From Camelus ferus (Eukaryota): a stretch of DNA of 64,000 nucleotides. Position 1 is the first letter of the stretch; the number at the start of each line of letters is the position of its first letter. Of this stretch, positions 51,471 through 63,260 are shown piece after piece. Under the pieces are notes generated by a model that was not told where the DNA came from, searched no databases, and worked only from the letters and a program-made list of their open reading frames with translations. The translations under genes and the position numbers were made by a program. The DNA lies in assembly GCF_009834535.1 (NCBI RefSeq), contig NC_045698.1:5334001-5398000 (forward strand). The letters run 5' to 3'.

Positions 51471-52974
51471 GTCACTGTCAACCATAAGGTTATGAAACTT
51501 TAGACGTTGGATGCTTTACTCGAGTTGGGACTCAGGAGTGTCGTGAGTACATCCCTTGCCTTCTGGAAGCACCAAACGAGGTAGAGGAGAGGAGGCACAC
51601 ATGTTAAATAATAAATTCATGGTTCTCCTGGATGAAACTGTGAGCGTTCATTCAGGAAAAAATCACCGAGCACAAGTACGTGCCTGGTATGCTGCTAGAG
51701 ACGCAGAACCCAAGCCAGTCTTCCTCCAGGGGTTCACGGTGGGGCTCGGGGGGCAGACAGCTGGGGGAACTGTTAGGAGGGCATCCGAGGGCCCACACGG
51801 AGGCGTAGAGAGGCAGCGAGGACGAGGGGCGAGGGGCCTGCCGGGCAGAACTCTGAAGGCTGAGCAGGAGGAGTTTCACCATATGGTGGGTGGAAGATGA
51901 GAAGGGGGAAGACATTTGGTGTCGAGGATGAGAAGAGAGAGAAATCTGTATTGAGAAGGATGTTGAATGTTCACTTGGGACCAGTCCTTCACATTAGACT
52001 CTAGATGGAGCAGTTTCTCCGGACACACCTGGGGGTTCAGGTGAGGGCGATGCCAGAGGAAGCAGGTGGGCAGGGCCCCAGCTGTGAGGGTGGGCTGGCC
52101 CCTTCATCCACGTCACTCTGCCCAGAGTAGAGAAAGGAGAAAATTTCCCCTATTTTTGAGCTTTCTTGTAATTTCTTATGAATCACTGGAGGGGAAGGAC
52201 GTGTCCATCAGGGTGTCATTTTTTGTTCACATCTGATGGTTTACAGAACAGTGCCCTCCAGCTCGTCAGGTCCCCAACCTCTTGAGTTTTGACTGCATGA
52301 GGCAGACACCAGGTCCTGTGTCCCCAGCCAGACTGCATGATGCTGTGAGCTCCCTTGGGTCACACACACACCACCAAGGGTACTGATACAGCGCTCAGAC
52401 CCAGGCAGGTAGGAGTGAGCATCCGTGGGGAGCCAGGCGCGGGAGGTGGGCTCCGGGTCACTCACTCACACCGGGGGCAGAGCGCACCTCCCCCGCTGGG
52501 GATGCAGGTGCGGTCCAGGAGTGACCTGCCTGCAGCTAAGTGCCTCCCGCCGTATTTCTGGGCCTGTTTTCCCAGCTGCACTTGAACCTCTCCATTGTGG
52601 AGAGGTTTCTATTTAATGCAGCATAGCTTTTAAAACTTGCCTCGGTACTTCTTTTGAGAACACAGTTCCTAGACTAACTGAGTCCTGCTCTCAAGTGGTG
52701 GTTTTGCTATTTCTAAGCAGTTATTGACCCAGTGAGGCTAATCCAGGCACTGGACTCACTCTCCAAAGGGCCTAGCAGCTCTTTTGTGGGTGGGTTTGGG
52801 GAGGGGCTGCCTTCATGAGCAAGCTTTGCTTCAGTCCCTGGGAAGAAAATTTAACTTTTTTGTCAGGAAACTTCATGTTTTTAAAGTCACAGCCTCATTC
52901 AGATCCTCTAATTCAGCTCCTGTGATTTATAAGTGTTCTCTTAGGGACAAAGCAAAAATGCTTTCCTTTTCTTC

Positions 52975-53320
52975 CTTTTTTTTCTGTTTTCAATATGATT
53001 TTTCCTGTGGGTAAAATCTGTACAACATACAGTTTATGGGTTTCACCATTTTTAAGCGTACGGTTTAGGGGCATTCGGTACGTGTGCAGTGTCGTGCAAT
53101 CATCACCACTATCTGTGTCCAGAACTGTTTCATCACCGCAGACACAGACTCTGTACCTGCGAGCAGTAACTCCCCACTGCCCTGGCCCTGGTAACCTCTA
53201 CTCTGCTTTCTGTTTCCATGAACTTGCCTGTTGCAGATAACCTCACGTACGTGGGATTACACGGTGTTTGTCCTTTTGTGTCTGGCTGGTTTCGCTTGGA
53301 ATAGTGTTCCCAAGTTTCTC
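52975..53320 (-). mobile_element. L1MB-type 3' end, antisense
   Basis: accatttttaagcgtacgg...gtgcaatcatcaccactatc...gcagtaactcccca...ccctggtaacctctactctgctttctg...tgtctggctggtttcgctt. Confidence 0.8.
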
Positions 53321-56135
53321 ATTTTCTCTTTGATGTGCAGCCCCCCACAGCAGCGGACCCTCTCAGTCTGCACTGGGCTTTCTAGCCAGTGGCAAACAGC
53401 CCTTACTGGCTGTTTCTGTCATCACCTGCCATCATCCAGGAGCGTGAGGCACGCTGTGGGGGCCAAGGCCGCCCACGATCTCCCCTGCCGCTGTCTGTGT
53501 GGTGGACCATTCCACACCGAGCCTCCACGTGGCGTGTGTCACTGATGTGTAGCCCGAGGCTGAATGGTCACAGCCCCGACAAGAGCAGGGGCCAATAGGG
53601 ATGCTGCGCTCAGAGAACCGGCTCCTTTCACTCTCATGCACACTAATGCAAATGCCAGAATGGCCAAGTGAGTTTATTTAAAATGAACCATGGGGTTTTG
53701 CCAGGACATCTTAAACACCTAACACTCACCCCTGTGACACCAAACACCCCAATAAAAAATAGAGAAAAACAAATCAGTTATCCAAAATTTTTTCTTCAAA
53801 TATGGGGTTTGGGGCACCAAACTGAGAACAGCCTGTGGGTCTTGTTCCGTTTGACTTCTCAGCTGACTGTTTAGAACCACGTATGAGACGCTCAAATCCT
53901 CTGCCATTTTTTTCTGACATTTTGACCATGTCATCGTGTGATTCTTCCCATCATTTCGCAATCTTTTCTGAGACACCTCTCAGAGAATGTTATAAATAGC
54001 CCGGCTTTGTGAGCCACTCAGACAAGGAGTTAGCCGTAGTGAACTAGTAGTTAACGAGGACGCTCTCCGGACTTCTCACTCCAGCCAAATGACAAGCAAC
54101 GGTGTTACCAGGCACAGAACACGGCATTAAATCCCATGTTCACAACTGAATAGTATCTGAAAAACATAATTCTGAGATGTTTTACATTGCCTGGGAAATG
54201 TAAAATTGGGAAGTCGGGCTAAAAATTGTAATTAATTAGGACCTCTTGTCCAGAAAGAGGATATCATTTCCCCGTGATGACAGAGGCTGTGGAATATTAA
54301 AGCAGATCCAGAGAGACGTCCCTCAAATAATGATGATACGAGAAATTCATTCTGTGCAGAAAATGATGGCACTTTAACCCGGAGGAGAGAGGGACCTGGG
54401 ACAGATAAAGCTCCGGTTTCAACAGCTATAATTAGGAGTTTGTTATTTTAAAGTAACGAAGAAGACAGAAGAGGAAAATTGATTCCAGACTGCAGTGTGG
54501 TGCCGCGTAGACAGGATGAAGGGGTTCTTGATTTTAGGGGTAGTTAATGTAAAAAGTAGAAAAAAGTAGCAGGAGGGAGTTAACGAAGCATTACTGGATG
54601 TGACGACTGAAGTTCTCCACTGCAGTTCAAGTTCACGCCATCGTATTACCGCATAGCCTAGGTGGTCCTCACAGGACATACTTCTGCTGGTTGTACAGCA
54701 AGAATTTAGTTTCTTCTTTATATGCTGATAGAGCAAATAGGGTATTTTTAAACTGTTTTAAGATCTCAGTTGCCTGAGACTAGTAACCTGTTAAATTGAA
54801 TGGTGTCCTTCTATTTGTTTCTTGATTCTTTATTTAAATCAGTTTCATTTTCGATCTGTCAGATCTAAATTTGTAACATGTTGAAGCCTGATGTTTGCCA
54901 AGCAGTTACTACATTTTTCTCCTGATGCTATTTTTCTCAAATAATTAGCACATTTATGTTTCAGCCGGGGGTTGTGACATTTTTGATAAATTCTTTACTA
55001 GTAAATAAAGAAATCTATACAGTTATTTGGTTTTTAAATCAGCATTTTGCAGTGTTTTATGAATGGTAAAATGGGTATCTGGTATCATTCCTGGCATCTG
55101 AGAGGAAACGTTCTCAAGGACATACAAAATAAATGGCTTTTTCTTTACCTAAGTAAAGTACTGTAGGTATTTGACAAGAACTCTTGTCAAAGGAAACAAA
55201 CAGAAGGGAGGAGGCTAACAAAAGCAATCACGGAAACGATACAGGGACGTTTCCCTTTTTAGACCTTGAGTTTGGATGGTTAGCCCCGTGCAGAAAAGCC
55301 AGCCTAGTTTCACAGATGAGATAAATTTCTTTTGTAAAGGGAACCTGGGCCCAGTGGTTTCTCCGGTTTACCTGTACTGAACACTTTTCTGACCCTCAGC
55401 CACGATACAGAAAGTGACTGCTCCTCAGTCACCTGAACAGTTTGTGCTGACGCTTCTCCAGGAAAGAGAGAGACAGAGAGAAACGGAAACAGACAGACAG
55501 ACAGAGGAGGAGAGCGAGGGAGAGAGAGAAACAGAAAAAGAGAGGCTGAGTTTTTCCCACCTTGCGGACTGGCCGCACTTTCCTTCTGGCTGCTGATATT
55601 GGTGGCCATTATATGAGAACGAATCACCTTTATTTTCTCAGGATTACTCCTTTTTAAAGAAAAACATCAGGACCCCCTTTCTAAGAGTCCTGAGAGCATC
55701 CATCCCCTCCAAACGTGATCCCTCGAGGTCCTGGGCTGCCAAGCACTCACGTGCAACAGACACAGATGTTGGTGTCTGTTAGTGCACTTTGCCCACAGAA
55801 TGAACTTATTTTCTTAAAATGAAAACCTCATACAACTGCACTGACTCATTCCACGTCTGAGCCTAGTTGGTGAAGATGCTGCAGAGACGCCACGTGAAGA
55901 CTCCGATGTCACAGTGGAGGGTCGAGGGTCTGAGTGCGGTGACGTCAGCCTCACACGTAATTCTAACCGAAGCTCCCTGCCCTGTGCTGTGTGCATTTTA
56001 AAACTGATGTTTGACAGAGGTGCTTCTGTTTTCTTCCGCATCCATCCTGTAGGTCTGGAATTCACTATGACGTGCAGAGCATAGCAGTGTGATTTACTTA
56101 CTCAACAGAGACTCTCAAAGCCTCCGAGAGGAGCT

Positions 56136-56262
56136 GGGAGGGGAGGGCTTAGCTCAGGGGTAGCGTGCGTGCTTAGCTTCGTGGTTTCAAGCCCCAGCCC
56201 CTCCATTAAATAAGTAGATAAATAGATACCTCCCCTCCAAAGGAAAAAAGAAAAGAAAAAAG
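56136..56262 (+). mobile_element. tRNA-Ala-derived SINE (vic-1-like), internally deleted
   Basis: ggggagggcttagctcaggggtagcgtgcgtgcttagc...ttcaagccccagcccctccattaaataag...acctcccc, then an A-rich tail. Confidence 0.8.
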
Positions 56263-56425
56263 AAGAGATGAAGGGGTCAGCACCGCTAACAGAGACGCTG
56301 GGTTGCCCACACAACCCTGTTTACTGCGCCGAAGGAACGCCTGGTCGTTAGTGAACGTAACACCCATCTCCTGTCTCTTTAGTCTCTTTTGCACGAATTC
56401 ATTGAGAAAAACACTTTCTTTGCAG

Positions 56426-56551
56426 TTTTTCCTGAGTGATTCGGAGTCAGAGGAAACGACTCTTCCAATGGCCAACGCGTCAAACACAAGTCTTTCTGCT
56501 TTAAATAATCAGGCAGCGACTCTGCGTGCACAAAATTTGTTTTTCCTGCCG
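56426..56551 (+). CDS. ADCY2: ADCY2 coding exon (~exon 17, 126 nt), extracellular N-glycosylated loop of M2
   Basis: Acceptor ctttgcag|TTT and donor CCG|gtaaga. Encodes FFLSDSESEETTLPMANASNTSLSALNNQAATLRAQNLFFLP, with sequons NAS and NTS. Confidence 0.95.
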
Positions 56552-57179
56552 GTAAGAACGCTTCGCTCATTGCTGCTCTTGTTGTCTCCTGTGTGCTGTT
56601 CCCTGCGGGGTGGCATGGCTCCACCTCCTCGTCTGGGACAGACTTTACTTTTCGTCTTTGGTTTCAATACCTGAGTTTGTCCTGACCAGGGGAAAACTGC
56701 CAGTGTTCAGCAGAGAAGTCCCAGCCACGGGCACCCATCAGGTCTCATGTGCAAACCGGCAGTGGCACTTTGAGGCCCTCATGGGTGACTCGTGTTTCTC
56801 CCCTGAATGCTGCATTTTATAGCCTGTGTCCCAGCACGTAGCATTCGACTGTACGTCACTGACTTTCGGGGTCTGTCACTTACAGGTTGTGCTAATTATC
56901 CTGGTGAATTAGAGTCAGCTTCCTGGCTCTGTGGTGACGAGGCCCACGGCTCACATTTCTCTCTTTCCTTTGGTTGCAGATGTGTCAAGTGATTATATCC
57001 TCAAATAATCCTTGCTAACTGGCCCGTTTTAACTGATGTCCAAGAAAAGGGCCTCGACTGAAATTTCAAAACTTACTAACACATTAGTCATTTAAGTGAA
57101 AAGAGTTAAATCAGTTATTTGCTGCTTAATAACTTCTTTCTTCCCATGAATTTTCATGTGCAAAAAAAAATAACTTTGT

Positions 57180-57276
57180 GGGGGAGGATATAGCTCACTG
57201 GTAGAGTGTGTGCTTAGCGTGCACGAGGTCCTGGGTTCAATCCCCAGCACTTCCATTAGAAAAATAAAAACAAAAA
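57180..57276 (+). mobile_element. tRNA-Ala-derived SINE (vic-1-like), short form
   Basis: ggggaggatatagctcactggtagagtgtgtgcttagcgtgcacgaggtcctgggttcaatccccagcacttcca plus an A tail. A and B boxes are present. Confidence 0.85.
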
Positions 57277-58499
57277 TTTGATACCTTCCTTTTCATTTTC
57301 TGAATAATCATCTAAAGTAGCATAAATTCTTCCCACTTGGCTTGTCTCACATAATCAGTTTCAAGAGTGCTAAATGAGCTCTTCTGGGCACTGAAATTGA
57401 TCATTCAATATGTGTATTTTTTCATCTTTCTCCCAATTTTTTAAACTCCATGAGCTATGATGATTAAGGAGATCTCCTTTCTTCATTCTTCTTTCGTTGG
57501 TTTGTCCCTTTGATATTAGGCTTTGATCCTAAGCCAGGCTTGTTTCTGAGGCCAGAGAGCAGCGTCCACATGGTGTCCCCAGAGGCTCAGGATGAGAGGA
57601 CAGCATCAGTTTTGTGCCTTGTCCACGGGGTCCTGGCCTTCGTTTGGGGCAGGACTGTGAACCCCAGTGAGCACTGGGGATTGCCTTCTCTGTGTCAGTT
57701 ATGTGAACAGTGAGAGATGGGATTCCTGGGGAGGGTTTACTGGCTGTGATCTCAGTGTGGGCAGTTCGGAGCCCCTTTCTCTAGGGGATGATGTAAACTG
57801 CCTGGCTTTTCCTCCTTGGATGGAGGCCCCAGCACACAGTCCATCGGCAGTGGAGGGGCCGTGCCTGCGAGCCATCCCCACGCCGCATCCCCCCGACTCT
57901 TGGACGGTTTACAGTGAAGATGCTTTTTCACAGGAAAGAAAAGCATAGCTGGCAAATCATTTTTCTGTAATCTCTCCATCCAGAGTTTGAGTTGAACGGC
58001 TCACCATCCTTGGCACCCCGAAAGGCAGGAAAGTCATCATCATGAATTTCATTTAAGAAAGTCTGTGTGATATCTTATTTTCAAAGAAACAAATCATTAG
58101 AAACCCAAGATAGTGAAAGGGCACCTTTCGTCAACCAGAACAGATTCCGAAAAAAACACACAGTAGACTGTAAAATCTAGGTCAGACTTAGTCAGCAGGG
58201 CTACTGTTGTTCCAATAATAAATCCTCAGAAAGAGGATTATGGTGAGCTTTGCCAAGGAGGCCCTGCGTCCTCACATACTGTCTGTGCAGAAATGGCATT
58301 ATTAACTTGCAAGGTTAGGGATCCCCGAGGAGCTTCGAAACAGCCTGGCTTCCGTCTAAATGGATGGAAAGGAACGCCGGGAAAGCCGTTTTGCGGATAC
58401 GCATGATGCCTCAGTTACTCCTCCCAAAGCCCGCCTTCCGTGATGTCCGAGGTTGATTGACAGCGGGTGGAAGGCGTGTCCACATTCACTGCGGCAGGA

Positions 58500-59050
58500 G
58501 ATGAGAAGTGGTGCCGCTCTTCCTGGTGGTCATTTGTGATAGTCAAAAAGCGTAGAAACAGGCATACTTTTTACCCTGCAACACAACTCTTAGAAATTAA
58601 TTTTAAAGGTGCGAAGATTTAGCTACAGGAGTGTTCATCAGAGTGTTTATATAACAACAAAAACAATGGAAGGAAGCAAACAACCTAAAAGTTAGAATAA
58701 ATTTAATTGTTTAAATTTTGTTATGAACATACGATTTAATTATATCCCGCCACTATAGAAGATGCTGTAGAAAAGTATTTAAGGACATGGAAATATATAC
58801 CTGTAAGTTATTAATTGAAAAGTGTCATTGAAAATCATTCCAAACAACACATTCCTAATTTCCTAAAATAATAATACCAATAATAAGTAGCAATGACACC
58901 CGAAAAGCTGGAAGGACAGACAAAAAAATTAATCATAGCTCAGGTTGGATGTTCGTGATTGCAGGAGACCCTTACTTTTTATATCGGTCCTTTGTACATT
59001 AATATTTAACATCAGATACTTCTGTAGCAGAAGAAAAAGTCACTTAAAAA
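58500..59050 (+). mobile_element. Old L1 (L1ME-like) 3' fragment
   Basis: gatttagctacaggagtgttcatcagagtgtttatataac...aacaacctaaa...gacatggaaa. Confidence 0.55.
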
Positions 59051-61314
59051 TGTCAGAAAACAGAATCAGCCAGAAAGAATCTTTGCCATGTTGTCAGTCC
59101 ACACTATATAAGGCATTTATATCGTTTCATCCACAGATCTATACTGTAAGTTAGATATTGGGAGTTCCGGTTTTTCCAGGCGAGGAAACGGAGGCCAAAA
59201 GATGCTTTAGTAAATTACAAAGATGACAGTGGCTGTTCCCTTGGTATGAAAATGCAGGCTGATTTCACTGAATGTGTGAAAAGTGTTCATGACAATAGGA
59301 ACCAATTTTAACTTAATAGTAACTAATGTTAATAGTAAATAGTAACTAAGACAAAATTAACTCATAATTATATTAACTGTAACAAACCTATATAAAAATA
59401 AGAGTACAAATGATTATGTCCTAGCAGAAGTCAGTTCAGGCGCCTACAGCCAGAATCTTGACAACCAGTGATCTCCGCGCTGGGCTGCCTTGAGTGGTAG
59501 AGAGGTGTTCTTTGGGGCTCCCTCTGAAGATACCAGCAGGATCCTAACCTACCTTTAATGAATTCCCGCAGTACCTTGTGCGTGGCCCCCAAGTGTCCTA
59601 GAAAGGGTATTTAATAGGAAAGGTCCAGGAGGGGCTTCAGGATGATGGTACAGAGGGTGCCGAGCTCACTCCCTCCCACAGATACATCAATACAAGATGC
59701 GCTGAAAGGCTGTTTCCTGTCGACGCATGTTTCTGGGTAGATGTCCCTGAAATGTGAAAGCGTTTTAAAAGCCTGAGAATGAAGGTGAACTCCTAGGCAT
59801 ATATTACAGGTGTTGGCGCATATTTAAACCTAGAGCTGTTACCGAAAACCTTTACAACCCTACCGCCCTCAGTCCCCCAAATGCACACGCTGCTACACAC
59901 ACTTGTGTAAGGGGCTCCTCAGTCTGCTCACTCAGTTAGGCTGAACTGTTGGAAACTTTCATCATCAGAAAGGTTTTCAGCATAATTTTAGCAGCAGAAT
60001 CCTTTTTAAAACCAACTCTTACAAAGAGCCCCAGTTTCAGAATGTATACAGCTTCCCAGGGGCCAGATGCTGTTCTGTGCTCTGTATTATCTCATTTAAT
60101 CCTCACAAGAATTCTTCAAAGTGGGTATTCGCCTCATCCCACAGACATGCCTTTCATTATTTGTGCAAATAAGCTGCTTTGTTGTTGAAGGGGAGACGCT
60201 GAGTCGGAGCTTCCTTCGCTGCCTGTTCCCAAGGCGATTTCACGGCTTTTCAAGAGCTGTTTGTAATCCGCCGCCTGCTGCCTCATAGAGCAGGTTACAA
60301 ACCCAGGCTTGGCAAACTCTCGGTGGGGACTGATACTTTGAAAAATATGATGGTGGATTAGCCCAAAAATGAGCTAAAGAAAGAAGGCATACAAAGCTGC
60401 AGCCCGTGTTTTATTAGATTCACCAGAAAGGAGCCCACCGCATCAGGCTGTAAGGCTCCGCAGACCCTGGGCGGAGGGCCCCTGGGGGGGCGCGCGGGGC
60501 TCCCTGGGCTGCTCTCAGAGGCCGCCCCAGCCCTGGTGCCCCGTGGGTCACTGAGCCTCACACCTGCCCTCAGAAGGTGATCCTCGGTCATTAAGTATTT
60601 CCGTGATTGAGGAATTAACATAGTAGTGGCAGAAGTCCCCCGTAAATGAGGGCTGGTCTCCAAGCACAGGCTGCCTCTCTCCCACCTTCTGCGTTAGTGA
60701 GACTGAGTTAGTGGTGCCCCTCCAGTGTCTCCCAGGCCACCCGTTCTGGCATTCCTCTCTGTCAGCCTAACAGCCCCAGCAGGACACACTTCCTCTCTTC
60801 CTCTCCCTGTTCTCTGTTGTGGGGGGTTGGTGGTCTGAATAGTGGAGAACTGACGTCAGGTAATTGTGGCCGAAGAGGTTGCGCTTACAAACCCTTGGCA
60901 TCCCCTAAAATGCCACCACCTGTCAGGCTCCCCGGCCGAGGCACGCCTCACTTCTCAAAGACTGCCCCAGCTGCTGTGGGACCCAGGGGAACTGCTGGTC
61001 CTCCTTCTGAAGGTGAAGTGCCAGCTCGGAGTCCTCACTGGCAAGCTCTGGTTAATTCTTGCCTGGGTGCCTCCCGCAGGGAAGGAAGGGCACTGTGGGA
61101 CCACTGCAGCTCGTTTTCTGACTTTTTCTTCCCCAAGAACAGGACTGATGAACTGATACCAGTAGCCTTTCCCAGGGCTGACTGTGGATGACCCTAGCTG
61201 GGGAAATAAAATTAAGAGATAGAATGACAAAAATAAGCAGTTTTTACAAAGCTTATTGCATATAATGAAACTAAAATGGAGTAGTTTACACACTGGGCTA
61301 TTTTTAAAAGGCAA

Positions 61315-61529
61315 GATACTAACTATTATACATAAAATAGATAAACAACAAGGTCCTACTGCAGAGCACAGGCAGCTGTAGTCAGTATCTTGTAATAGCC
61401 TATAATGAAGAAAAATATGAAAAGGAATATATATATATATGTATATGTATAACTGAATCACTGTGCTGCATACCAGAAATTAATACACTGTAAAACTGAC
61501 TATACTTCAATTTTAAAAAAAGAAAAAAA
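61315..61529 (+). mobile_element. 5'-truncated L1 3' end (cetartiodactyl-type)
   Basis: aaaatagataaacaacaaggtcctactgcagagcacagg...ataactgaatcactgtgctgcataccagaaa...actatacttcaatt, then poly-A. Confidence 0.85.
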
Positions 61530-62608
61530 TCAGTCAGATCTATGTTTTATTAAAGTGATGAAACTTTACTGAGTGCTAATCCTGCTGCGGCAGTGCTAAG
61601 ATAGTAGCCAACCCTTGTTATTAAAAACACCAGGATAAAAAAAATAAAATATTTTTTTAATTAAAAAAATTAAATTAAAAAGAAACCAGCACAGAACAAG
61701 CAAAGGCTTTGTGAGAATGATACCTCTTTCCACTCAGCGAGCCCCTCCGGGCCCGCGGGGCGGTGGGCTCCCAGCCTCACTTGCTCAGTGAGCAATAGGA
61801 GGACGTTACTGGGATTTTACAGATGACGACATTGTGGCTCCCCTGGTAAGCGACTGGAGCAGGACTGAATCCAGGGCTGTCCTGTCTTGACTATGTTCTT
61901 TGTAGTAAATAGACAGAAAAGCGCTGATACGGGGCGGGCCTGCGGGCTGCTTCCAATGGCCCATAAAAGGCGGCCCGCGCCGGCTTCTTCGTCACACTTG
62001 GTCCTGGGATTTCACTGAGTGCCTGTTCACTTCCAGGGCGGTCAAGACTGACCCTGGCCAAAGCTTTTAGCTTTTAAAATCCTTTCTGTTCTGGATAGTC
62101 CCTCTGACACACAATTTCCCTTTTAACCAAGTGCCTAGGATTTCTTACACTTTTAACAGAACTACCTATAATAATTTGTATCCTCCTAATGAATTAGATA
62201 ATTGAAAGGTCACAGAATATTCTGTCTTGTAATTTTGTTTTAATCTGTAAATGTGCATGGTTTTCATCTCCACAAAGCAAGTTGTTTTCATCTTTGTTGA
62301 CATTTGCCTTTAACATGTCTTCAATACAGATTTCTAAAAACTATTTCTGAAAAGTATTTGACAATACGCATGATAATTTGTATTAAACGTGCTGTGGTGG
62401 GTGAGACACCATGTAATGAGTAATTCTTGTCTCAATCAAATGGGTTTAGTCATTTATCACTGGATCCAAAAGCAGAAAAAGGCATCTGCTTTCACAGTCA
62501 GTTTACGAGTTGAGCAGGAGAGCTTGGAGGTGGTCCCCATGTTTACTTCGCATGCATTCCCAGGAAGGAGAGATCCTAAGTTCTCATGCGACCTTGTCCC
62601 TGTCCCAG

Positions 62609-62778
62609 TACTTTATATACAGCTGCATCCTGGGGTTGATCTCCTGTTCGGTTTTCCTGCGCGTGAACTACGAGCTGAAGATGCTGATCATGATGGTGGC
62701 GCTGGTGGGCTACAACACCATCTTCCTGCACACTCACGCCCACCTCCTGGACGACTACAGCCAGGTCCTGTTTGAGAG
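62609..62778 (+). CDS. ADCY2: ADCY2 coding exon (~exon 18, 170 nt), TM helices of M2
   Basis: Acceptor tgtcccag|TAC and donor AG|gtaacc. Encodes YFIYSCILGLISCSVFLRVNYELKMLIMMVALVGYNTIFLHTHAHLLDDYSQVLFE(R). Confidence 0.97.
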
Positions 62779-63034
62779 GTAACCTGCTTCCTCTTGCCTT
62801 CTCTTTCCTTTGTTCTTTCATGGGATGTTGATAACGTGAGTGTGTGTGGAGTAAATGCAAATTAGCACAGCCCTCGGGATTCGTTGTGTGAGTTCTGAAG
62901 TGATGATTCAGGAAGATGATGTGTGTTTTTATGATAGATTACGTAGATAGGTATTATAGTCTATAACTAGAAGATATGAAATAGTTTAGAGAGACGATGT
63001 TAATAATCCGTACTGTGTTGATAAGAAGAATCTT

Positions 63035-63260
63035 TTTGCTCACCTTCAGCATTATTCATATTTTGGACTGAATAATTTCCAGGGGATTGGGGGTGCAGGT
63101 TTGTCCTGTGCATTGAAGGTTATATAGCAGCCTCCCTGGCCTCTGAGCAGAAGATGCCAGACACAGTCCCCCCACCCCTAGTCATGACAACCAAAAATGC
63201 CTCCAGACTTTGAAGAATATGCCCTGTCAGGCAGTGTGGCCCCCTCGTTCAGAAAAGCTG
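63035..63260. mobile_element. MER20 (hAT-Charlie) DNA transposon
   Basis: tgtcctgtgcattgaagg...agcagcctccctggcctct...agatgccag...gacaaccaaaaatgcctccagac matches the recalled MER20 consensus. Confidence 0.8.

Noticed and set aside
55170..55191. Perfect 10-bp inverted repeat TTTGACAAGA-AC-TCTTGTCAAA
   Set aside because: Short and isolated, with no TSD or other context, so chance cannot be excluded.
57180..57255. Functional tRNA-Ala gene
   Set aside because: The acceptor stem is mismatched, an A-rich tail replaces a T-run terminator, and related copies in the window are SINEs.
60955..61461. 168-aa minus-strand ORF
   Set aside because: It starts in an L1 3'UTR and TA repeat, with no homology or splice support.
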